From contig NC_069001.1 of the NCBI RefSeq assembly GCF_001194135.2, forward strand, positions 36,809,747 to 36,864,762: DNA of 55,016 bases, written 5' to 3'. A program made the position numbers and the translations under genes. The DNA is from Octopus bimaculoides (lineage: Eukaryota). This document shows, one piece after another, positions 38,752 through 50,439 of this stretch. The notes beneath the pieces were generated by a model. That model searched no databases, was not told the DNA's origin, and saw only the letters and a list, made by a program, of their open reading frames with translations. Position 1 is the stretch's first letter. Every line of letters starts with the position of its first letter.

Positions 38752-38845
38752 CATTCAGTAGAACAATCGGCAGCATGTCAGTCTCAAAATCAAGTAATTA
38801 TAAAGAGGAATCTGAAGGCCATGAGTTCGATCCTCGCCTGGGGCA
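38752..38845 (+). pseudogene. Intron-containing elongator tRNA-Met-like pseudogene (anticodon reads CAA)
   Basis: GTCAGT-CT-CAA-A-[21-nt insert 38789-38809]-A-TCTGA-AGGCC-ATGAG-TTCGATC-CTCGC-CTGGGGC-A, compared with eukaryotic eMet GTCAGTCTCATAATCTGAAGGTCGTGAGTTCGATCCTCAC. The D and acceptor stems are broken. TTTT follows at 38851-38854. Confidence 0.8.
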
Positions 38846-40090
38846 CATTATTTTGACAAAGAACCGAGATGCCTGGTACCTTGCTGTACTCAAGAAGATT
38901 TGTATTCCGCAGCAGAAGTATTAAGACTGGTCACCCTGGTGGAGGGGACTGACCTGCAAAAGTCATGTGCCACTGTCAGTGGTAAGAAATTCCCTTCAAA
39001 TGATGGAGGGCTGAGACATTCTGCTGTTCAGCCCTCTTCAGAGTGTCTTTACAAGTGTCAGTCCATTTTGGCTGGACTGCTAGGTCATGAGGACATAAAC
39101 AAACCAACACCAGTTGCCAAGCTAGGGGGTGACAAACTACGATCTTACAATCACAAGTGCAACACCCTAACCACTAAGCCACATACAAGCACAAATACAT
39201 ACACATGCAGACACACACGATGGGCTTCTTGCAGTTTCCATCTACCAAATCAACTCACAAGGCTTTGGTCAGCCCAGGAACTATAGTACAAAACACTTGA
39301 CTCTTGGGCAAGGTGACGTGCTGTGGAACTGAACCTGAAACCATTACCATTGTTTTCTTTTACGAAATAACTGCTAAAATACACATCCATCAAAAGAAAG
39401 TCTTTTCCTTTAACGGTCAGGTAACTTGGTTTAATTACAAGGTGACTTATTGATTTTCCTGTTTTTCATCTTCATTTTCACCACTGATTAAGTGTTTGTC
39501 AAACGTTGACCACTCAGAGATCATAAAGGAAAACGAAAGCGTTTGTTTACCAAGTTATATTCAGAATGACACGCAGTGGTAGGGGGTGAGAGGATACTAA
39601 GACATTAAAGCAAACATACATAGACATATACACAACATTTGATTATATATACACAACATTTGATTATATATACACATACATACAAAATACTAACATATGT
39701 AAAGCTGAAATCAGATGTTGGTTGCTATGAAAATATCTAGTGAAAATGGTTTTTGATTTTTCCGTGTACTGGTTTTGTGTCCAAACACCAAGATTTTTTC
39801 TCATAGCAAAGTTACCAACAAACTGCTATTAATGATGGTGCATTTGGAATCAATAGACTCAATTCATAAACATATGAATTTGACACATAAAATAATGATT
39901 TTTAACAAATGTAAGGTCATCAACGTCTCCCTAGAATGTGACTGGTATCATACTTATTTTATTGACACCACTACCAAAGGATCAATTGTCATCATTATTA
40001 ACGTCCACTTTAAGGAGGCAAACTAGCAGAATTGTTAGTGCACTGGATGAAATGCTTAGGTACAAAGGATTATTAATATCCACATGGACT

Positions 40091-40155
40091 GGATGGTTTG
40101 ACAGGATGGTTTGACAGGATGGTTTGACAGGATGGTTTGACAGGATGGTTTGACA
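40091..40155 (+). repeat. 13-bp tandem repeat GGATGGTTTGACA x5 inside a family B copy
   Basis: Five perfect units. Confidence 0.95.
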
Positions 40156-40334
40156 GGGGCTGGCAAGCTGCAGGGCTATGTCAAGCTCCAAAGTCAGCTT
40201 TGGTATGGTTTCTATGACTGGATGCCCTTCCTAATGCCAACTCAGAAAGTAGAGCCAGAACAAATATCACACAGCATTTGTCTGACATGCTCAAACGTTT
40301 CTGCTAGCTCACAATCTTAATAAGAATTCTTTTT

Positions 40335-40990
40335 AATTTTGGCACAAGGCCAGCAATTTTTGAGGAGAGGGGTTAGGCAATTACATTCCTCCCAGTACTT
40401 GACACTTTTATCAACCCTTGTGGCTTGAAAGACGAAGTTGGCTTTGGCAAAATTAGAACTCAGACTGTTATGATTCATGCTACAAAAACTATAACATTTG
40501 TTATATTATGTATTTGATTACAATAATTACCGTATTTTAAGTTTTAATCATTATTTCAATTTTTTGCTACAAGGGTAGCTTGGGGGAAGTGGGGACGAGT
40601 TGATTACATCGCCCCCAGTGTTTCACTGGTACTTAATTTATTGACCCCGAAAAGAATGAAAGGCAAAGTCAACCTTGTTGGAATTTGAACCCAGAACATA
40701 GTGACAGGTGAAATACCTCTAAGCATTTCGTCCAGCGTGCAGATGACTCTGCCCTCTCACTGTCTATTTTAAGTTTTAATAATCCTTTCCACTGGAAGCA
40801 CAAGGCCTCAAATTTGGAGGAAGGGATTAAGTCAATTACATGGGCCCCAGTGTTTCATTAGTACTTAACAATCCTAAAAGGATGAAAGGCAGAGTCAACC
40901 TTGGCAGAATTTGAACTCAGAACTTAGCGACAGGTAAAATACCACTAAGCAGTTCTTCCAGCATGCTAACGACTCTGCCAGCCCACTGCC
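40335..40990 (-). mobile_element. Stack of three family A SINEs (approx. 40335-40465, 40563-40762, 40781-40990)
   Basis: Each shows (gg)cacaagg...gaaaggcaaagtcaacc...gaa(t)ttgaac(t/c)cagaac. Confidence 0.8.
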
Positions 40991-42117
40991 TATTTTAAGT
41001 TTTAATAATAATCAATAGTTATGATATTTCTGTGTTAATTAATCAATACATGTCTTTGATGACTGTAACGACTATATTTGTTGCAATAATAATTAAAGTA
41101 TTTATTTGTTGTATGTGACAAGGGTCCTGAACACCTTTGCTTTGGAGGATTTCCGTGGGACCTTCACAAAGGGGCTGGCGTGCCACAACAATTGCATTGG
41201 AATCAGATCTTACTTCGGAGATTAAAGGTTTGAAATTATTAAATGCCTCTCCTGAAACTATGTGGAAGCTTGTCTACCAATTCTACTCACAAGACCATCA
41301 TAGAAGACACTTATCCAAGATGGAATGCAGCAGATTTGAATCTGGAAACGTATTGCTGTGAAGTGAGCTTCATAACTACACAACCAAGCCTGTTCCTGTA
41401 AATGCAAACCTGTTTTCTGTCTTTTTAAGACGGGGTTAGTAACCAGAAAAAATTATAACTTTGGTGCATTGAGATGTTATTTGAAATATGACTGAACAAA
41501 AATCTAATATTTACCTACTCAACTCTCACATCATTTATGTAATACCAACATTTCCAGTTAACGATCATCCTCATCGTCATTTAAGGTCCATTTTCCATGC
41601 TGACATGGGTTGGACGGTTTTACAGGAAGCACCCCAGATTCCATTGTCTGTTTTGGCTTGGTTTCTATGGCTGGATGCCCTTCCTAATTCCAACCACTTT
41701 ACAGAATGTGCTGGTTGCTTTTTATGTGACATCAGTATAAAATTTCTTTCTCTTTTACTGGTTTCATTCCTTTAGCTGTGGCCATACTGGGGCTGCATCT
41801 TCAGGAGTTTTGATCTGTTATTACACTGACTTCCCTGTACTTCATGTGGTGCTTTCTTTTCTTGACCTCACAAAGAGGAAAGGCAAAGTCAACTTGAATG
41901 GGATTTGAACTCAGAACTTGAAGAACCATAACCAAGTACCATAAGGTGATTTCTCCAAATGCTCTCCTGAGCTGGCATAGAACCACGAACAGTCTCAGAC
42001 GGTTTGTATCAAAACGGTTAAGAAACTTGTAAGTTGGCAAAGAACCAGAAAGTCTGGTTCAAACGTTTACCATTCTGTAAACGGTACAGAAGGATCCACT
42101 CAACAACTCCTTTTTAA

Positions 42118-42346
42118 CCCTTTTGTTACCAATATTTCAGTTGAATTACAACAGCCTGTGTTCTAATTAATTTTGAAAATAATGAAGAATTTAATAAAAT
42201 TTAGTAAAATAACTTTTGTCCTTCTTAAAAAGGTGCTTGGAACATAAATTAACATGAAATTTTGATGAACAGTTTTAACTTTAAAAAAATGAAGATTGTA
42301 TTGTAGAACCAGGGACCATTCTCAGGCAGGGTTAGTATCAAAAGGG
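42118..42346. mobile_element. piggyBac-like MITE (~229 bp)
   Basis: TTAA|CCCTTTTGTTAC ... GTATCAAAAGGG|tttt; the right TTAA is degenerate. Internal aatgaagaattt..aaaataactt..aacatgaaattttgatg also occurs near 33600-33740 (reverse) and 46560-46710. Confidence 0.55.
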
Positions 42347-42924
42347 TTTTTAAAAGAAAAAGGTCCAATTAGTATTGTTAATGTTAAAGAAATATAAAAT
42401 GGTGATGATTTTATTTCAGTGAAACAGAATCTTTGTGAGGAACATCACAGACAATAGGTGGGGCTGAACGCAGCCCCCAAATGTTAATAAACGCAGTAAT
42501 CAACATATCTTCTGATATGTGTCTTACCACTAAATAAACAAAAAACAAGAATAATCCTTGTTAAGCAGCTATTTGGAATAAATCTAAGGCTGCAGTTAAA
42601 GAATTAAAGGAATCAGAGGATGAACATGGAAAAAAAAATACAAAAGAAAACAAAAGTACTCAACTTGTTTGGTTGTTTATCTACAAATTATCAAATGTGG
42701 GGGGAAAGAAATACATGTATTAATTATTTCTAAATGAGAATATTTGCAGAAATCACCAATTCATTTAAAAAATTTTATTTTAAGCTGTTAGCTTAGCTTT
42801 TCTAATTATTGTGTTGGATCTCTGGTGCTGCTTTGTATCTATGACCAAAGTGCCGACAGGTAAACCACACCTGGATGAGGAGTTCCATCACTGGTGTGGC
42901 ACTCTAACTATAACCAAGACATCG

Positions 42925-43200
42925 TCATTTAACATCCATGTTCCATGCTGGGTTGATTTGGATGGTTTGACAAGATCCAAAGGGTCCAAGGACTGCTTCA
43001 TGCTCCAGTGCTTCTTTTGTCATGGTTTCTATGGTTGAATGCCTTCCCTACCACCAACCACTTTACAGAGTGTCCTAGGTGCTTTTTATGTGCCACCAGC
43101 ACAAGTGAGGTTGCCATACAGTTTGCAAGACTACAAAACCCAAGGAAAAGGGCTTAAACTTTATGCTAGGAGGATGAAGAGTATAAAGAGGTATGAGAGA
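42925..43200 (-). mobile_element. Family B retroposon copy
   Basis: Family B motifs. Confidence 0.7.
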
Positions 43201-43335
43201 AAAGGGCCACAAATGTGGCAATTTGTCCAACTCCCTTTCTTCTCCTCCTGCAGTCAACTCCACCCCTACATCCCACCTGTGGGGGCTGTTGTTAAAAGCA
43301 ATTTGAGCCAAAACCATGGTCAATAATAATAATAA

Positions 43336-43544
43336 TAATCCTTTCTACTAAAGCACAAGGCCTGAAATTTGGTGGGATGAGACTGGTCGAATAGATCGAC
43401 ACCCAGTATACAACTGGTACTTAATTTATCAATCTCGAAAGGATGAAGGGCAAAGTCAACCTCAGTGGAATTTGAACTCAGAACAAAAAGACACAGAAAA
43501 TATTGCTAAGCGTTTTGCCCAGCATGCTAATAATTCTGCCAGCT
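43336..43544 (-). mobile_element. Family A SINE with (AAT)n tail
   Basis: aataataatcctttctactaaagcacaaggcctgaaattt...gaatttgaactcagaac...ttctgccagct. Confidence 0.85.
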
Positions 43545-44160
43545 AACCAAATCCAACATCTTAGCCATGCAACGACCCTCTGAAGTAGATATTCTTTTAA
43601 AAGTTTCTAACAAAAAGGTAAATAAATCAAAAATATTTGATGAAAAGTGAAGTGTGAAGGTGAAGGCTTTTAAAGAGCTGTCTACATTTCTTTTTTTGTC
43701 TGATTTTCTAGGATACAAGGTATTAAGCAGATGAGAGGACACCAGTCTATTACCAATAGCATTCTCTGGCTTGGGGGAAATAATAGAATAAAGTGATATG
43801 GTTATAAATACAATGAGACTCCTTCAGTTCAGTTTTGAACTTGCAATAACAAGCCATGGAAAAGGTCGGCTGACACTGTGTCCATCTCAGGCAAACAAGA
43901 AGGAACAGGTGTCCATGGCTGTCTTATCTCCATTCAGACAATAAACCTGACCCGTTCCTTAATGGCATGTCTGTTTAGGAGAATTCTTGATTCTGAAGAT
44001 TATCTCCCCTCCTCAAGTGGGGTTGGTCCTTGTTGCTATTTGCTAATTATGATACATCCTCTGGAAGCAGAGATAATTTTCATAACTCTCAAGAATTTAT
44101 GCTGTATGGTATTTGATATACTTCTATACCTGTACTCTGGGTGTGTGTGTATTTATATCT

Positions 44161-44345
44161 GTACGCCTCAGTGGTTAGAGTGTCGGGCTCTAAGTCTTGA
44201 TGTAGTGACTTCGATTCCCAGACCAGGCTGTGTGTTGTGTTCTTGAGCAAGACACTTTATTTCATGTTGCTCCAGTTGGGTGACACTGGTGACACAGAGA
44301 AGGGAGGCCGGTATGCATGGGCAACTGATGGTCTTTCATAAAGAA
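44161..44345 (+). mobile_element. tRNA-derived SINE (family E; tgtgttcttgagcaagacact core); related remnant at ~44735-44960
   Basis: A-box cagtggttagagtg, B-box-like gacttcgattcc, then tgtgttgtgttcttgagcaagacactttatttca. Confidence 0.7.
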
Positions 44346-44682
44346 CCTTGCCCAGACTTTCTAGGTGTAATCCCATGGTCAGTCATGACTGAAGGGGGGT
44401 CTTTACCCTTTATATATAAAGTGTGTGTATGTATAAACTCTAATAGCGAACAGTGAGAATGAGCGCTCAATATGGCGTTGGTGGACAAATATCTGTTATT
44501 TGTGACTTAACAAGGCTGCTATCAATTTCATGCTGAGAATTCTCGGCAATTATCAAGCCTGCCACAAGGGACATTAGAACAAAAATCCCATTAGGCAGGC
44601 TTGATAACTGCTGAGAATTCTTTGTGTGAAACCAATGTTAGCCTTTTTAACTCATATATATATATATATATGTGTGTGTGTG

Positions 44683-44734
<52 letters not shown>

Positions 44735-44990
44735 TGAAGGCGCATGGCTCACTGGTTAAGGTGTTGCACTCACGATTGCGACATTGTGTTCTTGAGCAAA
44801 NNNNNNNNNNGTTGCTCTGGAATCATTTCGTCATCTGACATGTGGCACCCGTACAGGTAATGTTGATTTGATGGAGGGAGTGAGCTTATGTCTACACAAA
44901 CATTTGATCACTATAAACAAATCATTTGTGTGGTTGTTCGGTAAGAAATTGTCGAACCCTCATACATCATCTAACAACAGGATAGTCCAT

Positions 44991-45038
<48 letters not shown>

Positions 45039-45414
45039 TCATTGTTTAATGTCCGCCTTCCATGCTAGCATGGGTGTGTGTCTGTGTGTATATATATATA
45101 TATATAATTGCAATTTGGCAATTTTATGATACATCCTCTAGGGGTGGAGATAATTTTAATAAATCAAAATCTTATGTTGTATGGTATCTGATATACCTGT
45201 ATTTGCCTATGTTGTTCAGCTACCTGCCAATAGCATGTAGTTGAACAACATAATTTTTACTCTTAGCTCATATTTTTTTAAATTTTATAAGCTATGTTAC
45301 AAAACAGCACAACAGAAACTGCGCCAATAAACTAGATATAGCAACAAAATAAATACAGAGTTTGAAAAAACATTGGATTGAATTTTGAATTGGATTAGAT
45401 TGGATTAGAGTGGA

Positions 45415-45639
45415 TTAATTTGATGGTAAGGATTTCATAGTGAATGGTTCAAGCTGTTCAGTTTCTGGCAGCATCTGGTTCAGACGCTCCATCTTTGGAA
45501 TTATATTGTCTATAGAACCTTTGATGCGATTCAAAATGGACAGTGTTTCACTGACGCGCTGAAACTGTTCCGTGTACTTGGCATACTTCCTCTGTCTGTC
45601 CGTGAGAGAGTTCAATAACACATGCATCATGTAATCAAT
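45415..45639 (-). CDS. BORCS5: BORC subunit 5 (myrlysin/LOH12CR1), last coding exon: IDYMMHVLLNSLTDRQRKYAKYTEQFQRVSETLSILNRIKGSIDNIIPKMERLNQMLPETEQLEPFTMKSLPSN*
   Basis: Acceptor tttttcctatcgttgcag|ATT (phase 0) and TAA at 45417-45415. RQRKYAKYxEQ and LNxMLPExExLEPFxMK match the recalled human BORCS5 C-terminus (RQKRYAKYAEQ...LNSMLPEGERLEPFSMK). Confidence 0.95.
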   Translation of the reverse strand: MDYMMHVLLNSLTDRQRKYAKYTEQFQRVSETLSILNRIKGSIDNIIPKMERLNQMLPETEQLEPFTMKSLPSN

Positions 45640-45680
45640 CTGCAACGATAGGAAAAATAATAATAATAATAATAATAACA

Positions 45681-46240
45681 ATAATCCTTTCTACTGAAGG
45701 CACAAGGTCTGGAATTTTGGGGAAGGGGACTAGTTGATTATATCAACCCCAAAAAGATGAAAGGCAAAGTCAACCTCGGCAGAATTTGAACTCAGAATGT
45801 AGCGATGGTTGAAATACCGTTGAGTATTTTGCCTGGCATGCTAACGATTCTGCCAACTCACTGCCCTAATAAAGATAATAATAATCGTTTCTTCTAAAGG
45901 CACAAGGCTTGCAATTTTGTGGGAGGAGACTAGTTGATAACATCAAACCCAGAACTCAACCCTAGTACGTAACTGGTACTTTATTATATCAACCCCAAAA
46001 GGATGAAAGAAGGGTTAACCTTGACAGGATTTGAATTAAGAATGTAAAGAGCCAGAAGAAATGCTGTTAATTATTTTACCCAATGTGCTAACGAGTCTGC
46101 TTTCTTTCTATTATAGGAACAGAGTCTGATATTTTGCAGTGAGCCGGCTAAGTCGATTACATTGACCACTGGTGCTCAACTGATCGACTCTGAAAAGATG
46201 AAAAGCAAACTTGACGATGGCAGGATCTGAACTCAGAATA
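45681..46240 (-). mobile_element. Stack of three family A SINEs in the last BORCS5 intron
   Basis: Units at ~45681-45867, ~45885-46100 and ~46110-46240. Confidence 0.8.
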
Positions 46241-46837
46241 AATGTTCTCTAAAGAAAAGAAATTGGAATACTTTTTTTCTTTCTTTTTTTAAAGTCTGAG
46301 ATCTCAGAGATAGTATAACTCCACACTAAAGTCAAGGCAACCACAATTAGAATTACCTCACAATAAGGATAAGGTGGACGTATCTGGAAACATGATATGC
46401 ACAAACAAAACTTTTTTTTTTCCGAATCCATAGAAGTTTCCCCTTTTAGTTGGTGAATGAAAACAAACTTAGTGCAAATCGATAGCAACTTAGTAAGAAA
46501 AAGGGAGATAATTTCAAAAATCATGAATTTCTTGTAAAATATGGTAACCGAAAATTTTGGTCAGCCTATTTCTGTTGAAATACAGTTTCAATTAATTTTG
46601 AAAATAGTGAAGAATCTATGAAAATAACTTTCTTGTTACTAAGCTGGTATTTACAACAAAAACATGAAATTTCGATTGAAGGTTTTAATTTAAATCACTT
46701 TAAAACAGTGGTTCCCAAAGTAGGCAGAATTGCTCCCTTGGAGGTGGGTGGGTGGAAAGTTCCAAGGGGGTGTAGAAGAAAAGTGGGGGTGATAATGAGG
46801 TAGTGATTCATGTAAAAACAAACAAATTATAAAGTCT

Positions 46838-47488
46838 NNNNNNNNNNNNNNNNNNNNNNNNNNNNNNNNNNNNNNNNNNNNNNNNNNNNNNNNNNNNNNN
46901 NNNNNNNNNNNNNNNNNNNNNNNNNNNNNNNNNNNNNNNNNNNNNNNNNNNNNNNNNNNNNNNNNNNNNNNNNNNNNNNNNNNNNNNNNNNNNNNNNNNN
47001 NNNNNNNNNNNNNNNNNNNNNNNNNNNNNNNNNNNNNNNNNNNNNNNNNNNNNNNNNNNNNNNNNNNNNNNNNNNNNNNNNNNNNNNNNNNNNNNNNNNN
47101 NNNNNNNNNNNNNNNNNNNNNNNNNNNNNNNNNNNNNNNNNNNNNNNNNNNNNNNNNNNNNNNNNNNNNNNNNNNNNNNNNNNNNNNNNNNNNNNNNNNN
47201 NNNNNNNNNNNNNNNNNNNNNNNNNNNNNNNNNNNNNNNNNNNNNNNNNNNNNNNNNNNNNNNNNNNNNNNNNNNNNNNNNNNNNNNNNNNNNNNNNNNN
47301 NNNNNNNNNNNNNNNNNNNNNNNNNNNNNNNNNNNNNNNNNNNNNNNNNNNNNNNNNNNNNNNNNNNNNNNNNNNNNNNNNNNNNNNNNNNNNNNNNNNN
47401 NNNNNNNNNNNNNNNNNNNNNNNNNNNNNNNNNNNNNNNNNNNNNNNNNNNNNNNNNNNNNNNNNNNNNNNNNNNNNNNNNNNNNNNN
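46838..47488. other. 651-N gap; probable location of the missing BORCS5 internal exon(s)
   Basis: The only gap between the microexon and the last exon. Confidence 0.6.
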
Positions 47489-47779
47489 CTGTCCAAAGCA
47501 TTTCCAAAAGTTTGTCTCAAATGTCCATGTTTGTGTTCAGACTTTTAGTTAGTCATTGTTTCATACATTCATCATCATCATCATCGTTTAACGTCCACTT
47601 TCCATGCTAGCATGGGTTGGGCGATTTGACTGAGGACTGGTGATCCAGATGGCTTCCTTACACAAGTCCCAAGTTACTTTGGTGGTTGATAAAAATTTCG
47701 AATGTGTATCATATACAATGTATGGAGGCAATGATGAATGACTAAGACCTTTGGCATTATGCCATGTTTGAGAAGAAGA

Positions 47780-48025
47780 CCTGTCAAGCCAGTTAAAATC
47801 GTAGTTGTGGCAGATATTAGTGTCATGCAAATGGCACCCAAGCTGGTGGCACATAGAAGCACCCATTACACTCTCAGAGAGGTTGGCATTAGGAAGGGCA
47901 TCAAGCCATAGAAACCATACCAAATAAAGACTGGAGTCTGGTGCAGCCTTCCAGCTTGCAAGCCCTGGTCAAACCGTCAAACCCATGCCAGCATAGACAA
48001 CGGACGTTAAATGATGATGATGATG
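47780..48025 (+). mobile_element. Family B retroposon, sense; an antisense family B tail lies at 47571-47640
   Basis: Ends ggacgttaaatgatgatgatg. Confidence 0.8.
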
Positions 48026-49239
48026 GATGTCTGGAAAATATGTCCTGTGTGTCACATATAATAAACAAGACAGGCAAAGAGTTAAGCAACACCAATTAAA
48101 AACAGTCTTAAAAAGTTTCAAAATAATAATTAATGGAACCCACAGAAATTCCATGCTTTATAAAATGTCTACATTTCTATTTTGATGCATAAATTTATGG
48201 ACTTTCATAAGATTGGTCCACAAATTTATGGTTACGTGTCTTCACTGTTGTTCCATGGTTAAGGTTGCTTTAGGTGTAACACCTGAACATACAAATACTG
48301 ACAAAAAGAATACTAGACATTATTTTGATGTATAGATTATCTTCATTATATAGATACAAGCAGAATAATCTAAATTAACAATAACAATAATAAAAATACT
48401 ACTAATAATAATGAAGGTTTCTAATTTAGGCACAAGGCCAATGGGTTTTTAGGGAGGTGGGGGCTAGTTGATTGCAGCAACTCCAGTACTTGACTGGCAC
48501 TTTGTTTTACCAACCCAAAAAGATGGAAGGAAAAGTTGAGCCTGGTGGGATTTGAACTTCGAACAAAACAATGTAATTCTAAAAGTTATTTTGTTTGAAA
48601 TTCTGGAGGTACCCCCATTTTTAACAATAATAACAACGATTTTAAATTATGGCACAAGGCCGGCAATTTCAGGGAAGGGCTAAGTCAATGTTTGATGATG
48701 ATGATGATGATGATTAACTAAATACTCACAATATCGTTTATATTTAAAATTATATTTTGATAGAGATTGTAATTTAAATGTGAATGCTTCAGTACAGTCT
48801 CTCCTCTCCTAGGCACATCACATCACCTCACAACTTTTTATTGAAGCAATACCAACTTAGCTGACAGTAAATTTTTAGTAAGTTGTTGCAATGACAGGAA
48901 GGTGCTGTATTAATTAACAACCAAATGGAAAGCGGGTAGAAATAAAAAAAAAAAATTTTTTAAAGTAAAAAAAAAAATACAGCAACACAAATGTTATAAT
49001 GAGACGAACAGAGATTTGTTGAGTTAGATATTTTCAAAGTTGTTTTCAGAATAATTCTAACCAAATTCTATACACATGTTCAACCCCTTAGCATTCAATT
49101 TACTCTATCAAATGTAATGCTTATTTATTCACATTGCTTCAAGCATTATCTTGAAGCTTCAAGATTTCAATGATGTGATTGTTTTTGGAATGAAATTGTA
49201 GGGGAGGTGTAAAAGCTATGAGCACTGTCCATAAACTTT

Positions 49240-49404
49240 CCCTTCTCTGAGAGGGATTAAAGAAGGCTAGGGGGCATATTTTCCATAGCCTTTTCCCCAA
49301 CCTGAGAGGGACAGGAAAAAAAAAAGGCTAAGGCCAGTCTATAGCCTTTTCCCAACCTGAGAGGAACTACAAAGGCTAGGGGCACATCCCATAGCCTTTT
49401 CCCC
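49240..49404. repeat. Three-unit hairpin array (AAGGCTA-loop-TAGCCTT)
   Basis: Direct reading; see findings. Confidence 0.8.
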
Positions 49405-50439
49405 AGTATGGAAGAAACTGAAAAGACAGATGGGCACTGTTCATAATGTCTGGGAGGGGCTAAGATGGTGAGGGGTAGTGTCCTCCTTCTCCAGACTAAC
49501 AACTTAGATGCAAATTCCAATAAGGTGATAAGCCCTTCACGGATAGAAACCCTAACCCCATCGAAGGTTTTATGATAAAACTGTTCAACAAAATTATAAC
49601 AATTATTACATATGTAGTTAAAAACAAAATGGAAAGAAATTTTGTTTGCTTTTTACAATTTTTATGAAAAAAAAAACACAAAAAGCAATACATTGATGAT
49701 TAAATATATGTTAATAGAAATTTAATATTAGTTTAAAAGCAAAAATAAATAAATAAAAATAATTGTGTCATGAGTTAGATCAAAGATCTTGGGAGTGGGA
49801 CGTTAAAGTAAGCAATCAACAAAATTTTAATTTTTATACTGAAAATACAAAGCAGTGTTAGTTTGTTATTGTTTAATATAACATCCTGGAAATACTCATT
49901 AAAGCATAAAAATAAGTTATTAGTACTGTTAGTAGTCAGTCCATTCCAGTTGAAATAGAAATTGGAAATCTTTCCAAGATGATGCTGCAGAATGGTAGAA
50001 AGAACCGAAGTACCAATAGAACATGCTTGAAGTTTAGAGGGAAAAGTGTTGATGAAGGAGATCTAAGACTAACAATGATCCTCTAAAGTAACAATTGCAG
50101 AGTTTATAACAGCCACAGAGTTGAGAGAAAGTATCTATTGGTAGAGCTGATTGGCACAAGATGGATAAAGACAATATATAGAGGTTCTGAATCTACAGTA
50201 GAGCCATACAAAGATGCTAAGGACTATAGAAAGAGAGAGAGTGTTTAGAAGACAGTTCTGAAGAATAAAGAACTATTTCAATTACCTACTCCAAGACATT
50301 CATAGATTAGGATAGCAAAGAGATTAAATTTCAATACAAAAGGGTATTTTTGTGGGGGTTTTTTTTTAAATATTCTCTCCCATAAAAAAATGTTTTCTTT
50401 TTTAATGTTTCAATGTCTAAAATATATTTTATTGCTTAC

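Noticed and set aside
46357-46383. 27-nt AG/GT-bounded candidate BORCS5 microexon (IRPPYPYCE in phase 0)
   Set aside because: It gives a stop in the phase-1 frame needed after the 33-nt exon and has no similarity to BORCS5.
48240-48282. Acceptor followed by GVTPKATLTMEQQ, loosely like the human BORCS5 VTPSPAK segment
   Set aside because: An in-frame TGA comes before any usable donor.
49930-50270. Possible decayed LINE endonuclease fragment on the minus strand
   Set aside because: Only vague RSPSS and IILxxF resemblance across broken frames; not supportable without a profile search.
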